A stretch of DNA of 64,000 bases from Vulcanimicrobiota bacterium (GTDB taxonomy: Bacteria; Vulcanimicrobiota; Xenobia; Xenobiales; JADMJV01), in NCBI GenBank assembly GCA_050250895.1, contig JBFWNU010000007.1:369030-433029 (forward strand). The letters are read 5' to 3'. The notes under the pieces were generated by a model. It saw only the letters and a list, made by a program, of their open reading frames with translations, did not search any database and had not been told where the DNA came from. Made by a program: the position numbers and the translations under genes. Position 1 is the first letter of the stretch, and each line of letters opens with the position of its first letter. This document shows, piece after piece, positions 8,920 to 18,449 of this stretch.

Positions 8920-9950
8920 CCTTCTTTGAGGGCTTCACGAGCTCGTTCGTAGTGACGGTGATAGCGTTTACTGCGGGGATCGTGCGGTCCCCATAGGCGA
9001 GTGGCCATCATGAAGGCTTCTCGCTCGGCCTTCTCGGCCTGGGCGTACTCTTGCCAGCCAAAATGAAGCCCGCCCACGTTGTCATACAGCGAGGCGACCT
9101 CTTCGTGATCCGGCATCCCCAGGGATTCCCACATCGCAAAAGCCTCTTGAAACAGCTGCTGGGCCCGTTCCGGAGAGCCCGTGGACAGAGCGGCCTGTCC
9201 CAGGCCGTTGAGGCAGCAGGCCATCTCGGCCGGGTCGGGAATCAGACGCGCTTTTTGGATCTTGAGGGCTGACTCAAACCAGGGCACGGCACTGGCGGCT
9301 TTCTTCTGGCGTAGATGGACCTGGCCCAGTTCGCGCTGGGTGCGCGCCAGCCGGGGGTCGATCTCGCCCCACACCCTGGCGATCTGCATGGCAGCCTTGA
9401 GTTTTTCTTCGGCCGAGTCGAGGTCTTGCTCGGCCAGACAGACCAGACCCTGGCGCCGCAGGCGCAACCAGAAGTCTTGCTTGCTGATCTTGAGGGTGGC
9501 AAAGTCGGCGTCGTCCTGGCTGCTGGCTGTATTGGTTGCTTCTTCCAGTCGCGACTCGAGGGTGAGGGCGATGCCCCGGGCCTGGGTCAGCTGAACCGCC
9601 GAGAAGGCCGAACTCTGACGATGATCTCCATAGAAGAAGCCGATCACCTTGGAGGCCAGGTCGCGAACCGGAACCACCAGGATCGAGACGGCCGTGTCAC
9701 AGGGCTCGTTCAGCTGGGCGTCGGCCTGCTCGATGCGCAGCGGTTCCCCGCTTTGAAGCACACAATCCGTGGCCTCGCGGCTGATGGGGCAGTCCTCGAT
9801 TCTAGCCACCCGGGCCAGGCCATGAAAGGCGCGCGGAACGGGACCTTCACTCGCATCCTCGGCCACACAAACCAGGGCCCGCTCGGCTGCGGTCGTCTCT
9901 ACGAAGCGCTGCAATTCTCTCACGAAAATAGCTTGTTTTGAATCGCTCAC
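8916..9950 (-). CDS. GAF domain plus TPR repeat protein
   Basis: SILVVPVRD...IGFFYGDHRQSSAFS GAF tail; kinesin-light-chain-like TPRs (CLNGLGQ, LYDNVGGL). Confidence 0.75.
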   Translation of the reverse strand: MSDSKQAIFVRELQRFVETTAAERALVCVAEDASEGPVPRAFHGLARVARIEDCPISREATDCVLQSGEPLRIEQADAQLNEPCDTAVSILVVPVRDLASKVIGFFYGDHRQSSAFSAVQLTQARGIALTLESRLEEATNTASSQDDADFATLKISKQDFWLRLRRQGLVCLAEQDLDSAEEKLKAAMQIARVWGEIDPRLARTQRELGQVHLRQKKAASAVPWFESALKIQKARLIPDPAEMACCLNGLGQAALSTGSPERAQQLFQEAFAMWESLGMPDHEEVASLYDNVGGLHFGWQEYAQAEKAEREAFMMATRLWGPHDPRSKRYHRHYERAREALKEG

Positions 9951-10039
9951 CAGGCCGAGCTTTTTTGGGCGCCCGCGGCTTGTTCCTTCACCGAGTGTGG
10001 AGAATTCTTCCGATGCAGTCGAGGCGTAATTGTGTTACG

Positions 10040-10510
10040 ATGTCGTTTGTGAGAAGACTTGGGCGGCGTGGGTTGACCGTGGGCGAGTTAATGGTTGCGA
10101 GCGCCCTGCTGGGGATGATCATGGTGACGATGATGATCATGTTCGGGCAGATGATGGCGACTAGCTCCAAGAACACGATGTTGGCGGCCGGTTCGTATCT
10201 AGCGGACGGTATCCTCGAGAATCAGATCACCAAAGCCAAGGATTCCAACCCGTCCTTCGTCTCGGTGCCGCTCGATTCGAGTCAGTGGGTCAAGACGACC
10301 GACCCCAACAGCCAAACCGAGTTTCTCTATCGCGTCGAGGCCGAGCAGATCGGCGGCACGCCTGGCGGGCAGCCGGGGGAGGTGTGGTATGTCCAGGTCG
10401 AAGTGGCCTGGTGGCAGTCCGGAGGCAACGTCAATAGCCAGGCTTATCGGGCCGGATATGGAAAGCTGAACCTCAAGCGAGGTCGAGTGATCTATGTTCA
10501 GAGAGATTAG
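10040..10510 (+). CDS. Prepilin-like protein (minor pilin/pseudopilin, PilV-like)
   Basis: RRG|LTVGELMV class III signal with Glu at +5 and a hydrophobic helix; ATG 10040 preferred over the track start. Confidence 0.75.
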   Translation: MSFVRRLGRRGLTVGELMVASALLGMIMVTMMIMFGQMMATSSKNTMLAAGSYLADGILENQITKAKDSNPSFVSVPLDSSQWVKTTDPNSQTEFLYRVEAEQIGGTPGGQPGEVWYVQVEVAWWQSGGNVNSQAYRAGYGKLNLKRGRVIYVQRD

Positions 10511-11210
10511 GCGCGGCTTTTCGCTACTTGAACTGATGTTCGCGGTAGCTCTCTTCTCTCTGCTCATGATCATGGTATTCGCCTTCTTTCAGTACGCCAC
10601 GCGTTCGTTTCAGCTGGCCAGCGTACGCCAGGGGATTCAGTCCGACGGCCTTCGAGTCATGAATAGCCTCCAGTCAGACCTTCGCCGTACCGCCGAGTCG
10701 ACCATCACGCTCGATCCGCGCCTGGCTACTGTTACCGTAAACGGCACCACTCCTCGTCGCGACGCGATATCGCTGGGCGGCCTCTACAACTGGACCGACG
10801 CCAGTAATACCGACAATTTCGATCCGGGGACCGGTCAGCCTCGCTGGAATCGTTACATCGTCTACTATGCTACCCGCAACGAAGAGGGCGCTCACCTCTA
10901 CAAACTGGTGCTAGAGCCGGCCCCTCCGCCGATCGCGCCCATCGCCTTGCCCCTGGTCGACCTGCAAGACGCCTCCCGAGACGACCCTTCGACCAACGTC
11001 TTTCAGGGCAGCAGTCCGGCTTTCGTCTTGCTGGCCAAGAATGTCCAGGAATTTTCGCTGGAAAACAAGGCTGGCACCATCCAGGTCAACGTGACGTTGC
11101 GGGAGCGGCGGGGTGCCAGACCCAACAGCGGGCAAGGGTCGGGCGAAGAAGTGTTCGAGTTGATGACGGGCGTTCGTCCCGAGAACACCTATCCCAGCAC
11201 AAAGTTTTAG
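10494..11210 (+). CDS. Prepilin-type N-terminal cleavage/methylation protein (PilW-like)
   Basis: RRG|FSLLELMFAVALF. Confidence 0.85.
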   Translation: MFREIRRGFSLLELMFAVALFSLLMIMVFAFFQYATRSFQLASVRQGIQSDGLRVMNSLQSDLRRTAESTITLDPRLATVTVNGTTPRRDAISLGGLYNWTDASNTDNFDPGTGQPRWNRYIVYYATRNEEGAHLYKLVLEPAPPPIAPIALPLVDLQDASRDDPSTNVFQGSSPAFVLLAKNVQEFSLENKAGTIQVNVTLRERRGARPNSGQGSGEEVFELMTGVRPENTYPSTKF

Positions 11211-11261
11211 AAAAAGCCAATCGGGCTGGAATCCAGGCCGAAAAATTGTTAAACTTCTGGT

Positions 11262-13541
11262 ATGGGTAGAGTCGGGGTTAGCAAACGAGGTATCGCCCTC
11301 ATATCGGTTCTGATGTTGTGCGCTCTTCTATTGACGCTCATCGGAGCCTTCGTCACCGTAAATCAGGCCTCTTCCAGGCTGACAGGCAACACTTTGACAC
11401 GCAATCGGGCTCAGGATGCCTGCATGGCAGCGGTGGATCTTGCCTGGTACGAGCTTGAGCTCGACAAAGATTGGGGCACAGGGGCAAGCCTGGGTTATCC
11501 CGGGGTAAAGCTGGTGCCGACCGCCGATCCCCATCTACAACTCCAGGAGAAGAGCGACGCCGATGGGCTGTACCTCGAGGGCTCTCTCAGTGAGAATGGC
11601 GACTTCGACGCGCCCAACGCAGCTCGCTTCGAATTGCGAATCTACAATAACCTGAATTCTCGCTACCCCCTGGCTGGCGATTATCCGGTTCAGCCCCGGA
11701 GCGTCCGCTTGCGGGTCAAAGCCAGGTGTGGTTTGACCACCCGCACGGTCGACACCTTGCTACGGCAGGTGCCTTTCTCGCACGAGTCGATGGCCGCCAA
11801 TGGTCGTGCCTCTGTGAATGGCGACCTGGCTCGCTTCGAAAGTCACGACCCCTACGTCAATCGCCTTAAAGCCGATGAGATGGTGCTGCCGTCGGCCGCC
11901 AACACTCGCTTTGTGGAACGCGGCGAGGCCACCGTGGCCAGCGGCAATCCCCTCTACCTGGGCGGCAGCAACCTGGCCAGTCCCGGCTATGATAAAGCGT
12001 CTGACGAGAAGAAGACGGGCGGACAGTTCACTCTCGATGGGGCGAGCCCGAACGTGCCCGATCTCGACTCGAGCAAGTTGAAATTGCCGAGCACTACCGT
12101 CGAACTCGACGGCGGCACTTACGAGTTCGGCAATCTCGACCGCATCGAGTGGGTCAACCACACGATCGGATATAGCGTTCCCGACCCGATGGGTGGCAGC
12201 CATACCGAGTACTGCACCCGTTTTCAGAAAAAGACCACGACCTATACTTCGCTCAACGGCCCCAACGGCAAAGCCTGGGTGTCCGACAACGCAACGGCTA
12301 CGGCCTTTGACCCTCCCTACGATCCTGGTTACGGTGACACCGGCTACGGATACGGGAGTGCGGGCGTGTCGTCTCCCCCCCTGGGTATGCAGCAAGACGT
12401 ATGGACCATCGCTGGCACCGAAGGGGCCGGAGTGACGGTTAACCTGGCTACGGGACAGATGACGGTATCCTCGGGTGTGACCGTGCACGCCGATGGCGAC
12501 TTCTTCCTGATCGCCGATGGCGACACCGCGCCCCAGCTTCTGTTTGGATATGACATCGATAGCGGCGGAGTGCCGATGCAGCAATCGCTCAAAGACGGTC
12601 TTCAAGCCGCTCAGGATAATCCTAAGCAGTATATGGCGGCCATGACCACTGACGGCGATTTCAAGGTCAGCGGCGACGCCGCCGGCTACGGCTCGATCCT
12701 GGCCAACGGAGCCCTCACTTTGCAGGCATCCTCCGGCTTTCGCTCGGCCCCGGAGTTGGGTGTGGTCATCAAAGGCGAGACCGTCACTATCAACCCGGCC
12801 AAGGATCCCGAACCCTCTTTTCCTGGCGAACCGACCTCGGTGGATTACTCGGTCTTCCGCGACGCAATCAACACCTATGCCGGTGGTGACTGGACTAGCT
12901 TCGACCAGTGGCTCGACCTGACCGGAACTCAGCGAGACGCCATCGTGGGCACGGCACCCGGGGCCGATTTGCGCTCTACCCAGTTGCCTCAGAATGCAGA
13001 TTACTACTACAACCAACTCAAGGCCGAGATGGGCTTGACCTTGCCTCCGCCTAACTTCGTAGCCGAGTTTGGCTCCGAGTGGGGCGGCTCGAGCATCTCG
13101 CTCGAACAGTATGCCCGCATGAAAGAATGGATGCAGACGGTCGCCAGCGGTTTCAAGAAAGGCAACGGCGACGACTCCTGGATGCATATGGACCAGCGGA
13201 TCAACGAAGTGGGGACACGTCTGGAGAATCAGCTCTCCTCTCACGCTAGCTGGGCCAAGAGTTATAAAGTCGATCTTCAGACCTATCTGGCCAATCCCGA
13301 CCAGGTCGTGCCCGACATGTTCTATCAGGGTCTGCTCTACGCCGGCAGCGGCGGGTTGTCCGTGAACGCAACCGGCAAGTCGGTTCGGCTGGAAGGTTCG
13401 ATGATGAGCAAGGGCGACATTCAGGTCGACGGCGCAAAGGTCGAAATCGTTTATGACCGCGACCTTCTCGACGACCTGTTCCAGTCGACCCTCGGAGCCA
13501 ACGGTCTTCGGCTTGAGCGCGTTTTCTTCAATCTCAACTAG
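11262..13541 (+). CDS. Large PilX/GspK-like minor pilin
   Basis: KRG|IALISVLML lacking Glu+5 (PilX hallmark), followed by NRAQDACMAAV; long beta-rich C-terminal region. Confidence 0.65.
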   Translation: MGRVGVSKRGIALISVLMLCALLLTLIGAFVTVNQASSRLTGNTLTRNRAQDACMAAVDLAWYELELDKDWGTGASLGYPGVKLVPTADPHLQLQEKSDADGLYLEGSLSENGDFDAPNAARFELRIYNNLNSRYPLAGDYPVQPRSVRLRVKARCGLTTRTVDTLLRQVPFSHESMAANGRASVNGDLARFESHDPYVNRLKADEMVLPSAANTRFVERGEATVASGNPLYLGGSNLASPGYDKASDEKKTGGQFTLDGASPNVPDLDSSKLKLPSTTVELDGGTYEFGNLDRIEWVNHTIGYSVPDPMGGSHTEYCTRFQKKTTTYTSLNGPNGKAWVSDNATATAFDPPYDPGYGDTGYGYGSAGVSSPPLGMQQDVWTIAGTEGAGVTVNLATGQMTVSSGVTVHADGDFFLIADGDTAPQLLFGYDIDSGGVPMQQSLKDGLQAAQDNPKQYMAAMTTDGDFKVSGDAAGYGSILANGALTLQASSGFRSAPELGVVIKGETVTINPAKDPEPSFPGEPTSVDYSVFRDAINTYAGGDWTSFDQWLDLTGTQRDAIVGTAPGADLRSTQLPQNADYYYNQLKAEMGLTLPPPNFVAEFGSEWGGSSISLEQYARMKEWMQTVASGFKKGNGDDSWMHMDQRINEVGTRLENQLSSHASWAKSYKVDLQTYLANPDQVVPDMFYQGLLYAGSGGLSVNATGKSVRLEGSMMSKGDIQVDGAKVEIVYDRDLLDDLFQSTLGANGLRLERVFFNLN

Positions 13542-13599
13542 GTCACCGCGGCCCTGGTGGCAAAGCCTCGGGGGAAAGAGGTAGAGCCACACCCCCGCA

Positions 13600-14577
13600 A
13601 TGAAAAGCTCGGTCATAGCCCTGCTAAAAGAAGCCTGCAAGTTTCTACAGAGCTTCTCCAATTGTCAGGGGGCCGTCGTTTTCTTGCGCGATGATCTCCA
13701 TAAGCCCCTGGTGGCTCGGCTGACGCGTGGCATCGAGCCCACGGATTTGCGGGCTTACTGTCCTCGCGACGTGCTCGAAGAGGTTCAGCGAACCCGCAAG
13801 AGTGTGCTGGTCATGGACTCCAAGAAAGACTCGCGATTTCGAGACCAGAAGGCTCCTTTCCGGTCGGCTTTCTACGTGCCGATTCTCGATGCCCAGCATC
13901 GTTCGATCGGCTTGTTCTACGCCATGAATTCCACCAAACCCGTCGCCTTCTCGCTGGCTCACCTGGCTCAGGTTGAAGACTATGCTCGAAGCTTGGGCGA
14001 GAAGCTGGTCGAGTTGCGCTGGACCGAGGCCGAGGCGCCGCCCCCTCCACCTCCGCCACGGCTGGCCAGGCTACCCTCGCTGCCCCCCCTGAGTGAAGTT
14101 CCGTCCAAGCTGAAGTGGCTGGTGCCTCTGGCCCTGGTCCTACTGTTGCTGACCGGCTTCGGAGTGTGGCGCTGGAAGGGCCGCCAGAGCCAGGCCGGAG
14201 GCGCTCCGCCGGTGGTTTCGGCCACGGCCACACCCAACCAACCCACCGGTCCTTTGCAAGGCTACATCGTGCTCGAAGGCACCTTGCTCCAAAGACCCGA
14301 CTTCAGGCCGATGGCTTCGTCGGCGGTGGCTCGGGGAACTCTGCTCCTCACTCTGGGTGACGAGCATTTGAGCGCGTCAGGGTCAGACCTCAAGCTGGCC
14401 TGGGGAGGAGCTTTCTCGGCCAGTTGCCGGACTACCCTCTCCGACCCTAAGGGTCGAGCCAAGGTTCGCCTGACGGTGCCTGGCTATAAGCCGGTCGCCC
14501 TCACGGTGCAAGTCAACTCGGGTAAAGCTTCGCTGGGGAGGGTCATCTTCGCCCCGGCTCAAGGCTTCAAGAAATAG
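13600..14577 (+). CDS. GAF-domain single-pass membrane protein
   Basis: SAFYVPILD...IGLFYA GAF; Pro-rich linker; TM helix WLVPLALVLLLLTGFGVW; beta-rich C-terminus. Confidence 0.7.
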   Translation: MKSSVIALLKEACKFLQSFSNCQGAVVFLRDDLHKPLVARLTRGIEPTDLRAYCPRDVLEEVQRTRKSVLVMDSKKDSRFRDQKAPFRSAFYVPILDAQHRSIGLFYAMNSTKPVAFSLAHLAQVEDYARSLGEKLVELRWTEAEAPPPPPPPRLARLPSLPPLSEVPSKLKWLVPLALVLLLLTGFGVWRWKGRQSQAGGAPPVVSATATPNQPTGPLQGYIVLEGTLLQRPDFRPMASSAVARGTLLLTLGDEHLSASGSDLKLAWGGAFSASCRTTLSDPKGRAKVRLTVPGYKPVALTVQVNSGKASLGRVIFAPAQGFKK

Positions 14578-15106
14578 TGGTGAGAAGGCCTTCGCCGGCT
14601 CCCACAGCGACGCCCTCGAGATACACTTCGGTCAGCAGGCTGCGAAACTGTTCGACATTTTCCACCTCGGCCAATCTCTGGCAAGTTCCTTGCAGGCTTT
14701 GGTGGTGCAATTCCAGATAACTCTCGAGGCCATCTCGGCCTTCTAACGAGGCGACTTTCTCGGCTTCTCGCAGGACCGTGTCGGTGGGCGGGTTCAGGTC
14801 GTCGAGGGAGCGCAGGGCGTGGCTGGCCAGGGACTCGAAGACGCCCGTCACCAAGCCGCCTTCGAGAAAGGTGAGGGTGGTTTCGAGGGCCTGTTCGGGG
14901 GAGGGGAGGGTGGTGACCTCGGCTAGCGCCAGATTGGCGCCATTGCGGGTTTCGACGATCACGTCCTTGAAGACGGGACCCCAACGTTCGGGCTCTTCGG
15001 CCAGCATTTCGCGTAGACCCGGCGCAGATTGACGCGCTTCAGACAGCAGGGAACGTAGGCCTGGGGAACAGGCGGGTGGCGTGTTCAACTTCATGATCAC
15101 CAGCAT
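14567..15106 (-). CDS. Hypothetical helical protein
   Basis: Protein-like composition; fills the gap between convergent genes; no motif recognised. Confidence 0.55.
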   Translation of the reverse strand: MLVIMKLNTPPACSPGLRSLLSEARQSAPGLREMLAEEPERWGPVFKDVIVETRNGANLALAEVTTLPSPEQALETTLTFLEGGLVTGVFESLASHALRSLDDLNPPTDTVLREAEKVASLEGRDGLESYLELHHQSLQGTCQRLAEVENVEQFRSLLTEVYLEGVAVGAGEGLLTTIS

Positions 15107-15151
15107 GACCAGGGAGTTTGACTCAGGGGTTGCCCAAAGATGAAAACTTCG

Positions 15152-15991
15152 TCAGGGTGCCTGGAGCTGGCGCTCTTCCAGGGCGGCGGCTTTCTTGGTG
15201 GCCTTCTTCAGGGTGTCGGGGTCCAGGCCGGGGCGATCGAGGACTTGCTGCAGAGTGGCTCGAGCCTCGGGCAACTGGCCGCTTCGCTCCTGGACTTCGG
15301 CTTTGGCCAATAACAGCTGGGGATTCTCTGGCTCCAGCTGTTGAGCGTCAGAGATATCCTGGCGAGCCAGTTCGAGTTTGTCCAGGCCGAGGCGGGCCAG
15401 GGCGCGCCCCCCCCGGGCGAGGATGTCCTCGTGATCGATTTCCAGAGCCTTTCCGAAGGCCAGCTCGCTTTCAGCGTAGTGTTTCAGGTCCAGCAGCGAT
15501 TCACCCCGCAGTCGGTGAAGGGCCCCGACCCGGGGAAGCTTTTTCAGGCCCCTCTCGGCGGTGCGCAGGGCTGCCTCTGGTCGCTCCAGTCTCAATTGCA
15601 AGTCGACCAGGCGCTGCCAGCCCTCGACCCATTCGGGGGCCAGCCGCGTGGCTTTGAGCAGATCGCGCTGCGCCTGCTCCGTCTGGTTTGATCTCTCATA
15701 AGCCTCGGCCCGAGCGACCAGCACTCTGGGATTGGTAGGATCCTGGTGGGCGGCCTCGTCAAGAGCGGCCAGAGCCGGTTCGAGTTGACCCAGGGCCAGG
15801 TAAGAACGGCCCAGGTTGTAACTCGCGTTGGGCCAGTTGGGATTGAGGGCCAGGACCCGCTGGTATCCGTCCACGGCCTGCTGGTAGCGCCCGTGGTCGA
15901 AGGCCTGGTAGGCTCGGTAGGCCAGACGAGAGGTCTGCTCACATCCGGTCAACATCAAGGTGACGACGATTGCCAGGCAGGTGCGGCGCAT
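15152..15991 (-). CDS. TPR repeat lipoprotein
   Basis: MRRTCLAIVVTLMLTG|C lipobox; repeated TPRs (ASYNLGRSYLALGQ, ALEIDHED). Confidence 0.85.
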   Translation of the reverse strand: MRRTCLAIVVTLMLTGCEQTSRLAYRAYQAFDHGRYQQAVDGYQRVLALNPNWPNASYNLGRSYLALGQLEPALAALDEAAHQDPTNPRVLVARAEAYERSNQTEQAQRDLLKATRLAPEWVEGWQRLVDLQLRLERPEAALRTAERGLKKLPRVGALHRLRGESLLDLKHYAESELAFGKALEIDHEDILARGGRALARLGLDKLELARQDISDAQQLEPENPQLLLAKAEVQERSGQLPEARATLQQVLDRPGLDPDTLKKATKKAAALEERQLQAP

Positions 15992-16095
15992 GAGACCACA
16001 ATTCTGGGGGCTTTCGAACCTACCTGGGGAATTCAAGAAACTTTCAGGCGTCCCGGCTATGCTATTACCACAGCACGCGAAAGGATTCCAACCCA

Positions 16096-16368
16096 ATGAT
16101 CACCTCCAATCTTCGTCTTCCCATCTACGGTCAGGTTCCCAGTCACTCGGCTTGCGGCGGCAATTGCTCCTGCGGCGGGTGCGGCAAGGCCGGCAAGACC
16201 GAGGGGGTGGCTAGCTCCTCGAAGCGGGTCGAGGGCCCGAAAACGGACGCTGGAGTGAAATCTACCTGCGGTAGCGGTTGCAGCGGCGACTGCTCTAGCT
16301 GCGGCGTAAAGACCTTGAGGATGCCTCCCCAGGGGCTCGCCGAGATTCGCCCCCCGGTCAAGTGGTAA
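16096..16368 (+). CDS. Small Cys-rich protein with two Cys clusters
   Basis: CGGNCSCGGC and CGSGCSGDCSSC; 8 Cys in 90 aa; lies in an otherwise empty intergenic space. Confidence 0.6.
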   Translation: MITSNLRLPIYGQVPSHSACGGNCSCGGCGKAGKTEGVASSSKRVEGPKTDAGVKSTCGSGCSGDCSSCGVKTLRMPPQGLAEIRPPVKW

Positions 16369-16402
16369 TAAATCTTTAACAGACCCATCGCCGCCTCTGC
16401 CT

Positions 16403-17425
16403 ATGGTGGAGGCGATGTTGTGTACCGCACCCAGAGCATCGGACCCGATCCAGAGGTTGCATCCGGTCGCTCGCCAGTTGTTCGAGCAGGCCGATGAGGC
16501 TTACGCCGAGGCCACCGGTGGTGAGCACCTGCATATCAACAGCGGACTTCGCGACGTTTATCGTCAGGCGGAGCTATACCAGTGCTGGCGCCGGGGCGAC
16601 AACGACTGTAACCCGGCCAACATTCCCGGGGCTTCCATCCACAACTATGGGCTGGCCATCGACATCGGCCGGTCCTGGGAACCTCAGGTCATCGCGTCGA
16701 TGAAAGAGGCTGGTTTCGAGCAAACCGTGATGCCGCGTGAGCCCTGGCATTTCGAGCCGGTCGGCCGACCCGAGCACGACCAGGCTTTGGCCCGCCAGCG
16801 CGAGATGAAGGCTCCCGGCTCCATCGCCCGCCAGTGGCAGAGCGAATGGGAGACCTCTCGCGAGAAAGATGATCAGCGCCATCAGCTAGAGCGAGATTTC
16901 GTAGGCGGCGTGGCCGACTGGAACCAGCGCCGCCAACAGCTTCAGGCCGAGCAAAGCGCCTATGGCCGAGAGCGTGCCACCTATAAAGAGGAGGACAGCG
17001 ACTGGGTGGGTGAGTGGAAAGGCTACCAGCAGAACCGCTCCCAGTTGGCCCACGAGTGGACCGACCTGGACGCCTTGAGGCGCCGCATCGAACAGTTGCC
17101 GTCCGGCCCCGAGCGGGACCGCCTGGTGGCCGAGCACCAGCAGCGCAGCGCGGCCGCACGCCAGCGTCAACAGCAACTCGACGCCCGCCAGCTGGAACTC
17201 GAGGCGGCGCGGGCCAATCTTGATGCTGTGCGTCAAGAACTCGATCTGCGCCGGAGCGAACTGCTAAGCCGCTCTTCCCGCCTTCACCACGAGTTGGCGG
17301 GCCTGCAGCAAGAGCGGCAGACGTTTCATCGGTTGGAAAACGAAGTCGCTCAGCACCAGGCCCGAGCCGGCGAATTGCTCGACCGAATCGCTGAACTGGT
17401 GCAGCCGGTTCCGGTCTACGGGTAG
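16403..17425 (+). CDS. M15 family (VanY-like D,D-carboxypeptidase) domain plus long coiled coil
   Basis: SGLR..RQAELY, PGASIHNYGLAIDI (SxHxxGxAxD), EPWHFE; C-terminal heptad-rich Q/E/R region. Confidence 0.85.
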   Translation: MVEAMLCTAPRASDPIQRLHPVARQLFEQADEAYAEATGGEHLHINSGLRDVYRQAELYQCWRRGDNDCNPANIPGASIHNYGLAIDIGRSWEPQVIASMKEAGFEQTVMPREPWHFEPVGRPEHDQALARQREMKAPGSIARQWQSEWETSREKDDQRHQLERDFVGGVADWNQRRQQLQAEQSAYGRERATYKEEDSDWVGEWKGYQQNRSQLAHEWTDLDALRRRIEQLPSGPERDRLVAEHQQRSAAARQRQQQLDARQLELEAARANLDAVRQELDLRRSELLSRSSRLHHELAGLQQERQTFHRLENEVAQHQARAGELLDRIAELVQPVPVYG

Positions 17426-17796
17426 CGGAAGACTTTCGAACTCGTCTTCTTGGCCGCCGATACGGCCTCTACGCGAAGCTCGAATTTGCCCTTTTCGAAG
17501 GCGTCGTGCTGATGACCCTGCAGCACGCTATCGAACTGGCGGGTCTCGTGGCGATGGGGAGCCATGTCGCGAAAGTCTTTCCAGATGGCCAGCTGGCGCC
17601 ACACCTTTTCCTCTGGGCCTTTCACGAACAGCTTGACGGTGATGGGCTGACGGGCCGTGTCACCCGCCGGGTTATGAACGGTCACATCGATCAGAAAGCG
17701 ACCTTCGTTCTTGGCTGTGACCACAGCCGATTTGGGCTCGACATCGGCCAGGACCGCGGACGAAAGCAAAAAAAACAGCAAAAACCAGGCTCTCAT
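17416..17796 (-). CDS. Secreted hypothetical protein
   Basis: Sec signal MRAWFLLFFLLSSAVLA; ATGA overlap with the pth stop. Confidence 0.7.
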   Translation of the reverse strand: MRAWFLLFFLLSSAVLADVEPKSAVVTAKNEGRFLIDVTVHNPAGDTARQPITVKLFVKGPEEKVWRQLAIWKDFRDMAPHRHETRQFDSVLQGHQHDAFEKGKFELRVEAVSAAKKTSSKVFRYP

Positions 17797-18449
17797 GACA
17801 GATCATGATTGCTAGTTCCGCCGGTCTCTCCTGCCGGTGGGGTTGGGGGGGCGCCGTTGAAGCCGCTCATGGCTGTCTCGATTCCCTGTCTTAGCCAGAC
17901 TTCCAGGCAATCGCAGGCCCGGCTCAGCATGGTGGCCACCAGGTCATGTTCTGGTGCGGTAAAGTTCTCGAGCACGAAGTCGGCCGGATCTTGCCCATCG
18001 GGAACCGGGCCGATTCCCATGCGGAGGCGCGGATAGTCGGTGGTGCCGAGTCTGGCGTTAATGTCCTTGAGGCCGTTGTGTCCTCCCGAACTGCCGCCAG
18101 CGCGGACCCGCAGCCGACCCAGCGGCAGCGAAAAGTCGTCAAGCACCACCATGATCTGCGCGGGGGCGAGGTTGCGCGTGGTAGCCAGCCAGTGGACCGC
18201 CTCGCCCGAGAGATTCATATAGGTCCGCGGCTTGAGCAGGAAGAGTTCCCGCTCGTCAAAGCGGGCTCGGTGTAGCAAGGCCAGGGGGTGGCCTTTGCGA
18301 TCGCTGGACGGCAGCCGGGCGACGAACTCTCGTACAACCATGAAACCCAGGTTGTGCCGCGTTGCCGCATAGCGTTCTCCTGGGTTTCCTAGACCGACGA
18401 TGGCGGCCGACGAGTTATTCGGCCGCAGCGGGCTCGGCGTTATCTCCAT
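17793..18449 (-). CDS. pth: Peptidyl-tRNA hydrolase
   Basis: IVGLGNPGERYAATRHNLGF, KPRTYMNLSG, GGSSGGHNGLK; ATG 18449 preceded by AAGGAG. Confidence 0.97.
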   Translation of the reverse strand: MEITPSPLRPNNSSAAIVGLGNPGERYAATRHNLGFMVVREFVARLPSSDRKGHPLALLHRARFDERELFLLKPRTYMNLSGEAVHWLATTRNLAPAQIMVVLDDFSLPLGRLRVRAGGSSGGHNGLKDINARLGTTDYPRLRMGIGPVPDGQDPADFVLENFTAPEHDLVATMLSRACDCLEVWLRQGIETAMSGFNGAPPTPPAGETGGTSNHDLS

